Origin: the human T2T-CHM13v2.0 reference genome, Homo sapiens
Assembly (NCBI RefSeq): GCF_009914755.1
Contig: NC_060930.1
Length of the DNA: 64,000 nt
Strand: one strand, 5' to 3'
Every line of letters begins with the position of its first letter. The first letter of the stretch is position 1. The notes beneath the pieces are model-generated. The model did not search any database and was not told the origin of the DNA. It saw only the letters and a program-made list of their open reading frames with translations. The position numbers and the translations under genes are program-made. This document shows positions 1 through 17,878 of this stretch, piece after piece.

Positions 1-574
1 CTCCCTTGCTCCTGGCCGTATATGCCTGAGCTTATTTAATGGCGCTGAGTCTATCCGGAGTACTTTGACAGCTCCCCCAACCACCATGCTTTCTGGTGAA
101 ACAAGAATCAAAACTAAAACCAATGCCGGCATTTTTTTCACTGAACTATGCCTCCATTCTGAAACATTGATACTCGAGATGGTGGTGGTGGTTCCTAAGT
201 TTATATTACATACCAGTTTGTTTAAAAAAACAAAATCCCCAAAACCCTAAAGTGATTTTGTCTGGTACTGTAGCACAATACTAGGCAGATTGTAAAATTG
301 TAATAAATACGTAAGATTTTGTTAAATGCGTAGGACTTTTATAATGGATGTTTTAAATATTTTTATTTTTTTCTCAACTCACAGTTTGAAGGTGCACCTT
401 TAATACTATACGTCTGTGAGAATCAGTCCAGCAGTATGTTCCTGTACTAATCTGGCCAAAGCTGTCACTTATCTTTCCCAATAAAGATTTAGATTTTGTA
501 TGGTCATCCAGGCTGTTAACTGGGCACTTTGTGAGAGCGGTTCTCTAGGAACAAGTGTGATTGCTTAGATTCTT

Positions 575-870
<296 letters not shown>

Positions 871-2719
871 GTGTGGTTGCTTAGATTCTTACTGGGCTTC
901 AAATCTTTATAATTTTATAATGTTAGGGTTGTGATAAAATGCTACCATCTGTGTTATAGGCAATTTCGTATTAGACTTTTATTTATTGTGTGGTTTTAGG
1001 AAACAAATGGTATAACTTAACCTGAATGTTTATAAGCCTAATCAATACAATTAATTAATTTTTTGTGTGTCAGAGTCTGGTGACCCCATAAAGCTATACT
1101 GGGTCCTTTGTAGGGCAACTGCTTGCCTATCTGGTGTTTTTCTTGAATTAAAGTTTTAAAAAAGTGTCCACCCCTCCCGTTGTTTGCAGCCAGCCAGGTC
1201 CAGGCATTGGGGTTTAGTGGCCAGAGCTGGGATTATTTCGGCTCCTTATGCCCTGTTCTTCTGGATCCGTTTAACTAAAGGTACATATTTACATAGATTG
1301 TTTCACATAATTTTGACCTTTCATAATAAGACATTAAGTTGATCATTAGTTTTTATTCCACTTGTATAAATTCGTAGGTTTGGATTTAGTCCAAATTTAT
1401 TACCTTGATATACATTTTTGTAGAATAAAATACCCTTCATTTGTGTAATGAATTTGTGCAACCTAAAACTCCCTGCTTCTCTCTCCACCACAAGATTTGC
1501 AAATGGTTATTAGCTAAAGTATTCCCTTGTGATTTAAATGAAGAATCAAAATGAGCGCTTGATCTCTGAGGAAACTTCCAAGTGTAGATTCAAATCTTGC
1601 ATACTTAAGAATTGCTTCAAAACCCTCTGCCCAACTCTTAATTTGTTATTTAGAAGGTCTGCTGTTAAATCATCTGTCATTTATTTTGGGTTAGACATAG
1701 GATCAGCTGATAGATGATGTTTTAGGTGAGTGGCTTTTTTAAAAATCAGCACAAATTTATTCTGTCACCTTCTGTACCAGTGTGTGCACTCACCCTTCTG
1801 TTGTCTCATCTGGACAGCTAGCCTTGTAGACTGTAAGATCCTGAGGGCAGAGACTGGGACTATATAGTCTTTGTCTTCCTAGTATCTGACAAAGGTGCTC
1901 AGTGTTCCTTGAGTTGAACTGAACAATCTCTTTGTGTTTAGGATATATTTTCAAATGACTTCCTAACTAATGGAAACCAAGTAATAAAGAGCCTACTGAC
2001 ATTCTTTATAAAGGTGTACATCTGCTGCTTCTACTAATTAATTTTGTTTATCAAGCCCAGCTCTCTTGGCATGCTTATTTCTATATGTAAGGATGCCTTT
2101 TAAATGAAAATACAGCAGAAAGAAGGGAACATGCCAGCAGAACAATATGTACAATATCTTTTGGCTCTAGTAGATATAATTTGTAACACTCAGAAACAGT
2201 GAGTTATATATTAATATTTCAGAGAAGAAAGAGGTTATGTTAAAAAATTCATTAAACAAATCAAATGGTATGTTTAAAGCAGAATTTGAACTCTGAATAA
2301 TGTCCCAAACTGTTTTTATTAACTTTTCATGTTACAATTTGAACCCTTTAACCTTGTGGAACTGACACAGACTTGAAAATCATTTTAAAAAACCACAGCT
2401 TGGAAATTAGTAAGGCATCTGACATTTATGAGGAATTATGTCTTATTTTTAAGATACATGGGGGCATGAATTTAATTGCAGCATTTAGCAAAGGTTTTAG
2501 TTGTGTTAAAGCAGGGAAAAAAAGTTTGTTCTGGGAAATATACCCCATAGTGTTTACACCTATTTCTACATGTGTCTTAAAGCATAAAGTCAACTCTGTA
2601 CGTATTAGAGCAATTAGTTGTTTTTCTTTATTAAAACAAATCAATAAATGTTAGCTATCTTAGTATTCATTACTGTTTATTACTATTGATTTGACAAATA
2701 TTGAGGACTCTTTGTTCTG

Positions 2720-3490
2720 TCTCCTCCACTGCCTCTCTGACTTCATTCCCTGAAATGCTCCCCCATACTCAGGCCTCTCTAGCTGTTTGGTTTTTTTGCT
2801 ATTTCTCCAAAATGACAAGCACTGTTCTACCTCAGAACCTTTGCACATGCTGTTCTCTGCCTGGAATAGTCTTGCCCCAAATATCCACAAAGCTTGCTCC
2901 TCCTTCAGTGTTTGTTTAGATGTTGTCCTCTCAGGGAGAACTTTCCTAAGCACTTGAAACCCTCTCTTCATTCCCAGAACTCCATATTCCCCTTCTTAGC
3001 TTTCAGTTTTCTCTAGAGCAGGGATCCCTAAGCCCTGGGCTGCAGACTGGTACCTGTCACTGGCCCGTTAGGAGCCAGGCCACACAGCAGGATGTGAGCA
3101 ACAGGTAATGGAGCATTACCGCCTGAGTTCGCCTCCTGTCAGATCAGCCGGGCATTAGATTCTCATTGGAGCTTGAACTCTATTGTGAACTGCATGTTTG
3201 AGGCATCTAGATTGCCACGCTCCTTATGAGAATCTAATGCCTGATGATCTGAGGTGCAGCAGTTTCATCTAGAAACTATCCCCCTCCAACCCAGCCCCAT
3301 ACACGGAAAAATTGTCCTTCACGAAACCCGTCCCTGTTGCCAAAAAGGTTGGTGACCACTGCTCTGGAGCACTTACCCTCTTCCAACAAAGTGTATAATT
3401 TACACTTTAAATTGACTGCCTTCCTCCTACTAGATTATAAGGTCTATGAGTTTTGTGCCTTGAACAGTGGCCATATTGGGAGCTCAATAG
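2720..3490 (+). mobile_element. L2 3' remnant, interrupted by MER1
   Basis: L2-like motifs ctttgcacatgctgttctctgcctggaat ... ctactagattataagg ... gctcaata; boundaries approximate. Confidence 0.55.
3019..3361 (+). mobile_element. MER1B-like hAT-Charlie MITE
   Basis: CAG...CTG termini, MER1 internal sequence, 8-bp TSD CTCTAGAG/CTCTGGAG; opposite orientation to the copy at 46478. Confidence 0.88.
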
Positions 3491-3586
3491 GGGATGGGTG
3501 CTTAGTGAGGATGGGGTGAGAAGGCAGTGAAAACACAATTCCTGCCCTGTAAGACTCAACCTCACTCTAGTTACGAAATCAAAACT

Positions 3587-3883
<297 letters not shown>

Positions 3884-4554
3884 TTAAAACCTGGACACGG
3901 CAAAGTAATGAAATTGTATGTCTAATCCAATGTTGAATGTAAAAGTCTGAAAGTACGTATGTAAAATAGAGAAATTCATTCTGGCATATTAGAAATTTGG
4001 CATTGAGGGTGAAGGGAAAAATACAGCCAGAATTTCAGATTTTTTTTTTTTTCATTAGACTGAGGAGTAGTTTTGCCTTTTTCCAAACTGAGGAGTCATG
4101 TGGATGTCATCTTCCAGATGTTTATTGTCTGCTTTGTATGTTAAAAAAAATAGTTGTTTGCCTTACTGGGTGAGGGAGACTTAGTTTATGGGAAAAATAA
4201 AGCAAACGCATGTGATGACTTCTTACCCGATGTGGAAATAGAGTCGTGACTGTGAGCGCTGGTATGCTGAATCTAGAACCAACTGTCAAACTTGCCTTTC
4301 AGTGGGAGTTGAAGAGGAGGGGTTTTGTGGGATTGTGGGGTAAGCATTGGAGGATTCCCTAAGATCCATGAAAGCAGAGATGAATCTCAGCCTCTTCTTT
4401 CACCGCTAGCACCCAGTACGGTGCCTGGCACATAGCAGGCTCCGGGTAACTACTAGTTCCTGAGTCAGCGCATGAATGCTGTGGTTGAGGTTTGAAAAAA
4501 TTGAAAGGAGGATAATATTCATGTTATTTTAAACAGAAATTGTATATATGACTA

Positions 4555-5034
<480 letters not shown>

Positions 5035-5284
5035 CTAATGCTTATACATTTAGGGTATCAGGGGCCTACTTCACCTCAAACATCATTTGGGGACAGTGTC
5101 TAGGCATTTGTGACATCAGCACTGTGTTAAGCCATATTGTCGTGTATGACTTTACTGTTTACTGCCATTTCTACTTGATTTATTAATCTCATTATTAGCT
5201 ATTTCCTTAGGAGCTACATGCTGTGTAATAATATACCCAATATTTGCAGAAATGCCTTGTGTCTTGTATATAATTATATATGAT

Positions 5285-5687
5285 TGTATTAGTCTGTTCT
5301 GTGTTGCTGTAAGGGAATATCTGAGGCTGGGAAATTTATAAAGAAGATAGGTGTATTTGGCTCAAGTTTCTGCAGGCTGTACAGGCATAGCATAAGCGTC
5401 TGCTCAGCCTCTGGTGAGGGCCTCAGGAAGCTTGCGGTCATGACAGAAGGTGAAGGAGAAGCATGTGCATCACATAGTGAGAGACAGAGCAAGAGACATG
5501 CTCTTAACCATCCAGCTCTTGTGTGAAGTAGTAGCAAGAACTCACTTATCACCAAGGGGATGGTGCCAAGCCATTCATGAGGGATCTGTCCCTATGATCC
5601 AATACCTCTCACCAGGCCCCACCTCCAGCATTGGGGATCATATTCCAACATGAGATCTGGAGGGGACAAAACATCCAAACCATATCA
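5285..5687 (-). mobile_element. MST-type MaLR solo LTR
   Basis: tgtattagtctgttc...aaaccatatca termini typical of MST/THE1 LTRs, ~400 bp. Confidence 0.85.
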
Positions 5688-5842
5688 ACAATAATTTTAG
5701 GCTAGGTAGATTTTTTTGTAGGAAAAGCTGCAAAGGATAATACTGAAATGAGGTAACAGCTTAAGTAGCTCTGTGTTACCCCCATACCACCCCCCTTTTA
5801 AAAATAGAGCTGTGCTTGAGCTTTTTTAAAAAACAAAAAAGA

Positions 5843-6306
<464 letters not shown>

Positions 6307-6332
6307 TTAGTTCTATATATTTTTATGTAAAT

Positions 6333-6360
6333 GCACACACACACACACACACACACACAC
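6333..6360. repeat. (CA)n microsatellite
   Basis: ~14 CA units. Confidence 0.95.
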
Positions 6361-9300
6361 CCCTATAGCAAATACATGTGTGTACACACACATTTACTAT
6401 TGTTTTTATTAAATATTGTGTAGACACAAAATTATAGACTATAAATAAAGGTATAAAGAACAACAATAAAACTAATACCTGGGTTCCCCCCTCTGCTCCC
6501 TAGTCTGTGTATGCTTTTATATTCTGATTTTTTAAATCTGTGTTTCATTGAAAGTTTTTTATTACTTGGAAAAATTCCATATTTATATTTATTTTAGAAT
6601 TTGCCTTGAAGTAAACCAAAAACTTATTTCTAAGTCATTTATTGCTACTGAGAAATATCTAATAGGAAAGTGGAATTTTTGTCCAGGCCAACTTATAATT
6701 GATGTGTCTCGTCAATGTTTTTGTTTTATATTATTCAAATTACTCTCTCTTACTAATGGAGTCAAATAATTTGCCTATTCATACTTTATTTGAGAAAAGT
6801 ACATAAGTTTAAACATACTAAGTATCAGAAAGGTAAGGTGTATTTTTTTAATCCTTCTTTGGTGAGATTCTTAATTTGTATTGAATGGATCAGGCTTGTT
6901 CATTATTAGACTATTTGGAGTTTATTGAGACCCAAGTTAGTTTTTATAGTCAGCATCTTCAAACTCAAATTATAACCACTGTTGTGGCCTTCTTATTCAG
7001 TGTTCAACATATTTACATTTACTGAAAAAGAATAGTCTTTGTTTTCTTTCTTCACAAAATTAAAATCCTTGCAAACTAATAATATGTATAGCTCCATTTT
7101 TGCATTTGAGCATGTTTAGTGATTGTGCTTAAAGGTTGAGTGTAAATGATTTTTAAGAAGCACGGTATTCTTGAAAAACAAAGGAAAGAAAAACTTTATT
7201 TCACTATTATTTCTGACAAAAAACAAGACAAAAGGATATTAAAAGTGTGATGTCCAGTTAAATTTGAATTACCAAGGCATAAAATTTCCTACAGGGAAAA
7301 TAGATAAACATCTATGTGTTTGTTGCCTAACTTTTAAATGGCTGAGTGGATTTAATTCAGCCTTTTTATTGCTTTTCACAAAAGCAAGTTTACCTCATAT
7401 TAAAATGTGGTTGATTTCAGCCCAAAAGAGAAAACTGTAGAGGCTTAATGACCCATGGGACCACTGGAACATGAGATTCATATATTTGAATTGCTTCCAT
7501 TCTGAGGATTTTAGAATGGAGGCTGCTTATTTTGAGAATAAAATGAACCAAGGTTTGCCCCCATTCCGCCCACCATTTTTTTGGGATCCCTGGAAAGCTC
7601 CTGCTTTGCCAAGAGACTAAAATAGGAGATGGCCTATTGCAGACAGAAAAATGGCCCTGTACCTACTGTCACTGCCAGCTCAGAAGGGTCTACAAGTCTT
7701 TTGAGACTTCAAAATCTATTAATAAACTAAAAATTTATTAAGGATTTCTTGACTTTTTTCCTATTTCATTTGAATCTCTAAATATTTTCTTGCATAGCCA
7801 CAATGTTATGAGCACACCTAAGAAAACTAATAGTTTTTCTTTAATATCATCTAATACTCAAGTCATATTCAAATTTCCCAAGCTATCCTAAACATGTCTT
7901 CTAACCTTTGGTTTGTACAAAGATCCAAACAAGGTCTACATATTAGTTATTATGTCTCTTTAGTCACTTTTAATCTATCACTGACCCCCACCCACATACT
8001 TTTTCTTTTCCTGCGAGGAAACCAGGTTCAGTTGTTCTGTGACACAGCTCACGTCCTAAAGTGTACTCACCGCTTCAGAGTAGTTTATCTTTTACTTGGT
8101 GCGCTATACCTGTATTTCTGTATAAGCCCGAAATTTGACCTAAAGACTCGATTAGATTCAGACTAAGTGTTTTTGGTAAAAGTACTCAAAGGTGCTATGT
8201 ACTTCTAATTGTATCACAATAGGACGCATATGTTATTATTGTTGTGATTATTGCTCCACTTTTAGTGATGCTCAGAATCACCAGTGACTTTAGGAAGTGA
8301 TACATCGATCTCTCCATTATAAAACTGCCGTCTCTCTATGACTTACAAGTAATCTTTGGAATGTTAGTTTCTGACTCAGTAAAAGTATTTCCCTGTCAAC
8401 AATTCACTGTATGGTTTAAGCATCCAATCACTGTTGTTGCTTGTCCAGTCTGATTTTTCATATAGACAAATTTTAAACCTCTATCTTCATATGTATTTTG
8501 AATCGTTGTATGTTTTTTACATCGAATTTAATCCCAACAATTCTGAGAGCTATTGAGGGAACTGAGATTCAGAGAAATAATTATTTACCCAAGACACATT
8601 TACTTTGTGTGCCCAAAGTGGGAACCAGGCACGTATCTTACAATTCTAAATGCCTTGAAATGGTTTCCTGCCCTTTGTCTCCAAGGATACCCATCATATG
8701 TTCCTATCCAGGGGAGAAAAAGTTAGAAAAGAAGTCATAGGGGAACACAGTTTGAGGGAGTTACTTATGCAATTAAGCCTGAAATTCATAGTCTTTGGTT
8801 TATATTTGAGGTGATCACATTTGCCATAGAAATATTAAGATTTTTTAAAGTCCTTACTGGTAGCTAACCATTGCTTTTATAGCATTGCAATACATCCAGC
8901 AGTGCAGAATATGGAATGTGCAAAAGCAGTAAAGTTTTCAGGACTGGACTATGATATGAGTTTTATGAGGTTTATTTTTTCTCTCAACTCTCATGTTTCA
9001 TACCTTATTAGATGTATGATAAGACACCATATGTCTCCCCAGTGAGATTTGCTATTTTCTTGTCAGTAAACATTGATTGCTTGTTCCGTGGATATGGTGC
9101 ATAAACCTACGCTTGCACAAAGCTTCCCATCCTATTTCTTTGTTTATTTTCCACAGTATGCTCAAGTAATTCCTGAATTGACACTTTTATCCAGGTTTCA
9201 GAAATGCCATTTTGGCTTAACTATAGATCGTGGAACTTACTGTTGCCTGTCCTAGACTTATAAATGAAATCTGGAGTGAAAATAAGTATCAGATACAGAT

Positions 9301-9420
9301 GTGTTCCAATTTTAGGAATAGATACTAAAATTAAACCATACAAAATTTTTATCTTGAGGATTTTCTTTCACTTTAAAAAATATTCATGGCAATATCCCTC
9401 TTAATAAGGAGGGCTTTTTC

Positions 9421-9568
9421 AGTCTGTTGCTACTCAGAATATATCTTACAGGTTCCAACAGAACAGTCACTAATAAGAGCTTTTTGGAAATGTAGAATTT
9501 CCAGGCCCTACATTTTGACAAGATCCCCAGGTGATTAGTTTGCATACTGAAGTGTGAGAAGTAGCACT
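9421..9568. mobile_element. MER5A-like MITE remnant
   Basis: acaagatccccaggtgatt...tgaagtgtgagaagtagcact terminal motif. Confidence 0.6.
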
Positions 9569-12500
9569 TTAATACACTGACACCTTCTTTTACAAAGCAT
9601 CTTTCAGGAGCTAAGCAAAGTGAACAACCTTTGTTGGAAGTAAAATAGGCACCTCTCATTAGACCTTTCCCTTAATAGTCTAGTAAAGAGTACTTCGATA
9701 ATTTAAAAAAGGGGATGATAGAACTTCTCATATCATAATTTTTACAAAAAAACTCCTAATTAAACATGACTTTTTTCTCATGTTAATTTTGAGACAAAAA
9801 GAGTATGACTACAAAAAACTAAATATCAGTTATGCTGCTCAGCAGTAATGTGAGATTGGGCAATGTCTTAAATATCGCTACCTCAGTTTTGTCACCTCTA
9901 AGATGGGTGACTTAGGCAGTAGTGGCACTAGAGCACATGATTCCATTCCATCGTCTTTGAGGTCAGACTAGCTTCAGGTTAGGGTCTGATCCCAGCCCAG
10001 CCACATGGGCTGAGTTATGCTGCATCTCAGAGCCTTGACTCCTTCACACACAGAATAGAGATAATAGGAGGGATGTGTGGTGAAGAAAGGGTATTGTGGG
10101 CTTCAGTTTTGTTGTATAGGAGATGTCCTATCTTATAAGCTACTGGGTATACACTTTGATGTTTGTGAAATTACTCTTTGTATGTGTGTATCTGTATATA
10201 TATGTGTGTGTGTATATATGTGAAATAATTTGTAATCAATTTTTAAAAACTATCATTATCAGATATGGTTGTCATGAAGGCTAAATAAGGTAATATGAAG
10301 TCCTTAGAACACTGTATCTGCTACTTTTTACAATGAATGTTTGGTAAATGCTAGTTTTTAGTAAGGGCCCTTTCATAATTTTATTTTTTTCCTTTCCCAA
10401 TAACTTTTTGGCTCTCAATTTTTAAAAAACTATTATCTGTGAAAGTGAAAGCTCACATCTATGTGCAAAGGAGAAGTGTTTACAGTTTTAATTTATAAAA
10501 CTCAGTTTAACTTTGTCTTTACTTGGTAATATTGGATTTTTCTGGACTCCAGAGAGAAAAGTCAATATCAATATTACACTTTATCTGAATATTGGCAGTA
10601 TGCATATTTAACATGAAACCAAGGTGAGAAAGCTAGCATGTTCCAGCGGCAGGAAAGATTTCTTGACTTATCTTCAGCTGAAGCAGTGGCAGCTTGGATA
10701 TTACATCAACATCCTGACATTATTAACAAAGGTCAGCAGCCTCTTTTCTCTGACTTCCTTATTCTAAGCATCTATTCAACAGAGATAAAACAGTTGTCTT
10801 AGAATTGTTTCGCTGTACAAACAAGTTTTTTTTTTTTCTTAAAAGTCTTCTTTGAAATTAAGAAACTTCTCTTAACCAATGTGTCCAGTTTGTTGTAGAT
10901 GCCCACAAAGGACTTGTAACTTAATAACAACAGTGAGAAAAGTCTTGCTTTTGAATCAAGTCACATAATATAACTTCAGTATCATTTTTAGAACTCCAGA
11001 GGCCAAAGTCCACTTCTCCACGTAAGATCTTCAATCCCAGAAGCCCTATCATGGGATCTCTCTGTGTGTCCCACTTGTGAGAGTCTAACCCAGGAGTTCA
11101 CCAGTATGTCTCACAGAACACTACTCCCAGGAGATGCCCCAAGAGGAAAGAGTTTTCTGGGAAATGCTGTAAACTGCAACACGCATCAGAGCTTCACTAT
11201 ACACTGTAAGGGCTTTGAGATGTTCTGTGGTAAAGAAAAAGGTGGAATTCTGCAAGCTTACTGACCTTGCAGCTCTTTTGAGGAGGGTGAGGGCATAACC
11301 CCCTGGTAAACCACCCAGACTAGTACCACAGTATCTACTTCAGGACATGCTGACATAGCAGTAAGTGGGCATTAGATAAATACTGGGAAATGCATTCTAA
11401 TTAGACTTTCTCAGCCGATTAAAGCACACACACACACAGCCTTATTCATCTTCACCACACCCAGTTATGGTTGGTAATTTTACAGATGAGGAAAATTGAT
11501 ATACACTAAATGGGGGATTTCTTAGGATCATACAGCCAATGGGTGATGGAATTTGGACAAAGTCAGCTAATTCAAAGCAATATTTTTGATACTTTAATAA
11601 TGTGTAGAATTTTAAGATAAAAATAGTAGCAGTTAACATATTGAATTTTTACTATATGGTTGCCTCTGTGCTTGATACTTTGTTTTTATTAGCATTCTCC
11701 CTTTTAATGCTCATGAAATTGGGCACTATTGTTGTCTTTAGATTATGGATGATGGAATTCAGTTTTACCTTAGAGAGGTAAAAAGACTCACCCAAGGCCA
11801 CAAAGCCAGTGTTAGGCAGGGCTGTGCCAGAATCCAGGTTGTAACCATTATGCTCTGTCACCTCCCAAGTATATGGAAATAATTTATGAATTAGGAAATG
11901 ATAGGTGTGTCAACTCTCCTCCCCCACATCCACAAGCCTTCTAATAATCTTTTGCTTTTCAGCAGAAGTCTCAAGACTGGAGAGTGACCAAAAACTGCAG
12001 TGTTCACTGATTTTATGTATAGCACATTAAAGAATAGCATTGGCTAGATTTTGAGATTTTTTTCCTTTGGCAGCAAATTATGAATCTTTTAAATATCTTA
12101 ACATGGTAATTATTGATGTCTTTGGACACTGATGGAAGTAATCCCACATTATATAGGGAATCATAGAGGAATCATAGATAGGATCTCTTTAAATGACTTG
12201 ATTCATTTTCATACATTCAGACTGATTTATTTTAAGTGATACTTTTAGCTGATAGGAATGTTGAAAGTTTCCACAGAGAGACTTTTGACATATTCCTTGT
12301 GTTTCCTTTTATTTTACTTTCAAATGTTTCATCTGCTGAGTCAACAGCATTATCATCCTTATTAGATCACTAGTCATATCATTAGCATCTATTTTATATG
12401 TGGTGAGAATAAAGTTGAAAGAGATTGTCAGTTTTATAAAACATGGTCATGTGTTTCTAGTCGATAGCTGTAACTTCTTTCAGCATAGTATTATTATCCA

Positions 12501-13283
12501 TATTCCTTTCAGAAAAACTGAAGATTTTGAATAATTATTTTGTTTTATCATTACAAGTTCTGTTTTGCCTTTGTTCATTCTCACATAGCAACTGAGGCCC
12601 TTTTGCTCCTGTTTTTCTTTTGCTTCTGGCGGCCTACAAGGTAAAAAGCTAAGCACAATTGAAGAAGAGCAAAGTTTCTAAGAGAGTAAGGCTGAGAATG
12701 GAATTAATGATATCTTGGAAAATCTGTTTGCCCTACCATCAGACAAAACTCTGTAATAATTGCAAGCTCTCCTTTGTGGTTGAAAAGATTGTAGTCATCA
12801 AGAGCTCACTTGATCTTAGACATGGGAAGAAATTTTCTCACACCCACACATGGATGATTGTATATGTGTTGAGACCTGTTGTAACTTGAATATTAGAAGA
12901 GCAAGGATACAACTAATGAAATCATGTTTTTAGAAATGGTTTTACTTTTGTGATATTTTAGAGCACTCTTTCCCAAGTTGCAGGTTAGGACCCATTAATA
13001 GGTAATGAAATCACTTCAGTAGGCACAACCAGTATGCTTTGACAAAAACAAAAATGAAACTGAATAGAATAGGAAATAATCACAGTGCATTACATGTAAT
13101 AAAATAGTGGTATCATTTAACTTTTGTTCATTGTTTATGCATGTGTATGCATATGTGATTACTTGAGGTGTGATAAAAAAATCTGTGTTCTAACTCTAGG
13201 CCATAATAATAATTTTAAAAAAGCTTGAGGTTTCTGTCTTACTCTAAGGACTAGTTAATAATCAATCTAAAAAGTATATGTGA

Positions 13284-13438
13284 TTAGCCGGGCTTGGTGG
13301 TACATGCCTGTAATCCCAGCTAATCGGGATGCTGAGGCAGGAGAATTGCTTGAACCTGGGAGGCGGAGGTCAGTAAGCCGAGACTGCGCCACTGCACTCC
13401 AGCCTGGGCGACAGAGCAAGACTCCGTCTCAAAAAAAA
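13284..13438 (+). mobile_element. 5'-truncated Alu (right arm, AluS-type)
   Basis: Starts at ttagccgggc; A-tail; flanked by aaaaagtatat direct repeats. Confidence 0.88.
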
Positions 13439-15359
13439 TTTAAAAAAAGTATATTTGCACTGTTCAATTTACTCCACCCAAATCATTTTCCAACAAGTGC
13501 AATTCAGTTACAAGTTTTCTTTTAAAGTCTAATCATACTTTCTAGTATTGCAGAACTTAGTCCATACCAGGTATATCTTATTTTGCTTTTCTTTTAGTGG
13601 AACATGATTTCTTATCAAAGGGAAATAGTCTTTTAAGGAAGTTATTGTTTTCCTTTTGTAGTGGATGGAATTAAAGTAGACTAAATAAAGGATTGGCTTG
13701 TGTATACAAGCATCTAGGATTTGTTCTAAGCTTATTTAGAAAGTAGCTTGTATATCGACAACTCTTGAATAGCTGATGTTAAAAGCTAAAAGGTAGAGAC
13801 CTATCCATTAATTTCAGGCATTTGGAGAATAGATACTGAGTCCATATCTCTGTAACTCTGTCAAGTTAGTCTCAAGAATTTACTTGTTAATATATCTTTC
13901 TTCTCTTGACTGGACTTCTTGAAGTGAGAACTACAGTATACTAAGTTCCTAGTTGTTTGTTTCCTGAATTTTTAATGACAGTCCGAGACTTCTTCCTATC
14001 TGTATTATGAGGCTAATGTTGAAAGTAGCCTTTAGTGTTACAAAGAATGTTAGGTGAATTTGGTAGTTTTAATTATATTATTTTTCTCCTTTATATGTAT
14101 TCATATTATAGAATATTTAGAGGAAAAATGTATAAATAAAATGAAAATCACTTGTAAACTTATACCATAGAAGTAAACACTTTAAATATTACACATCTAT
14201 GTGTGTACAATATATTCTGTATTAAAGTGTTTTCATGTTAAATATTCTTCTAAAACATGAGTAACTTCCTTAGCATCACATTGCTTGGAGATATCAGTTT
14301 GGCTGTTCATTTCTAATTTAGATTGTTTCCAAATGTTCAGAATTAAAATCTGTATACTTAAATTCTGTACATAGATCACTTTGGGAGTTCTGAAATATTC
14401 ATGAATACTTGCACCTTTTTCCAGAATCTAAGCTTCATACATCTAGTTTTGTTCTTGTAAATTGTTTTGAGGAAGTGGTGGTCAGTGTCACAAACCAGCT
14501 GTGGCTCCAAACAGACACCAGGATTTAGGCCCATTACAGAGAGACCACCCTGGAAATATTCTACAGTTGAGAGGAGCTTTCAGTCTAGAAGAGGAGGAAA
14601 TGATACTTAGTTTAGTCATCATGTGCTTTGGCAAGAAATTACAGTCGAAAGGAAGGAACAGATAAACATTGTGTGGTGTAGCCACTTTGAAGAGTGGTCA
14701 AATTCCCTGTGGCAAAACTTCCTCCTCCCCTCTTCATTCCCCATTCCCCCTATTTTGATGTTAGATAGGTGGCACTTTACTGTGTCACTCCCAGCCTATC
14801 CTCCCCACAACACTACTTGGAGTTTAATCATAAGATCGTGGTTTTATTTTTTTCCCTTAAAGATGGATCTTTATTTCTTTTAATTTTTAATATTCTTAGA
14901 ACTGTGAGCCCTCATCATCCATCTATAGCAACCATCAACATTTCTCCGTATTTTTTCATTTATTCTGCATCACCTCTTTTTTGCCAGGTATTTTAAGGCA
15001 AATCCCAGACCTTATGTCATTTCAGCCCTGCATATGTCAGTAGGCATCCCTCAAAAAAATGGCATTTTCTTATGTAGCCTCAATGCCATTATCTCACCTA
15101 ATAAAATTATAATTATCTGAAATTATTTAATATCTCAATTATCTATTTAAAAGATTTTATAAGGTTGGTTTTTCAAATCAGGATTCAAGCAAGTCTCACT
15201 TAATTGCTATGGCACATAAGTGTCTTTTAAATCTAAAATAAACACTTTTTTGTGTGTGCCTCTTCATTTAATTCATTGCTGAAGAAACTGGGTCAACTGT
15301 ATTTCATAGAGAGCTTTTTTTTTGCAGATCTGTTTAATGCTTTAATTAAAAGAATTTTA

Positions 15360-15955
<596 letters not shown>

Positions 15956-16092
15956 GACAAAGAAGATAAACTGATAGATTTTTAAGTAACTTTTGTCTTC
16001 TTTGTCAGTGATTGTCAATTAGAGAGAGTCAGGCTATGAGAGGTAGGCTACCTGAGTGTCAGAATGAGGTAATAAGAATAATGCTTCTCCTC

Positions 16093-16296
<204 letters not shown>

Positions 16297-16829
16297 TCAT
16301 GTGTACGCATCTGCCTTCTTCAACACATGACATTGTAGGCATTTTCTCTCCCTAGCAGTTTTTCATTTTACCCTTTGGCATCTTTCTACTTAATCCTTTG
16401 AAATCACCCAAACTGTGGAAGCACAAGAGAGTGAAAATTCCTGATGTAGTTAATACCCATGGAATAAACTTATTATATTAGTCTTGCCACAGAAAACTCC
16501 ATAAATAGTCTACTTCCATAGGTTAGAGTGATACTAGAACTTCTGATGACAGTTCGCTTTTTAATAAATTAGGACTCAGCACTTCCTTTGCGATTCAGGT
16601 TCTTTGGCAGAACAAAGACTCATGGGGTTTTGTTCTGATAGTTAATGGAAGAGAGAAATTTTCCCAAGGAGGTAGAGATCCCCAGGCAAAGTAACGATGG
16701 GAATGTTGACGATTTGAACTTGCCTGCATTGTGCCAGCATTGCTGGGTGAAAGAAGTTTCCTCTTAGGCCTTACAGTGGAAGTGGTCGGAAAGAAATACA
16801 ATTACAGGGCTGAATAAAAGTGATACCCT

Positions 16830-17125
<296 letters not shown>

Positions 17126-17550
17126 CTAAGATTTTCTTTTGCTGACACATGTCACTTTAAAAAAATAAAATTTAGAATATGATAGTCACATGTAGGTTGA
17201 CTCATATAATTGCTCCTTATTTCATATTTAACTGTGTTTTCTGAAAAAAAAAAAGTTTTTCTCTTCCTCTTTTATGAAAGGAGAATTTCATAGTCCTAAG
17301 AAAAGTGACATTTAAATATTTGATCAGGAGATTTTTTGGTGGCTTGGAGAGGTTGTGTTGTGTTTATATTGAGATGCATATTTGTTTGTACTAATTACCC
17401 TAGGATTGCTTTATGAGGGTGCTCAAAATAAATGCTTACAAAGGTAGGGCAGGTAACAGAAATGAGTAACAAGGACCTGGTGAAGAACTAGGGTGTTTGG
17501 CTCCTTTCAAGGGACAGCCACTGTGTCACTAGCCCTGTGAGAATGCCTGA

Positions 17551-17878
<328 letters not shown>

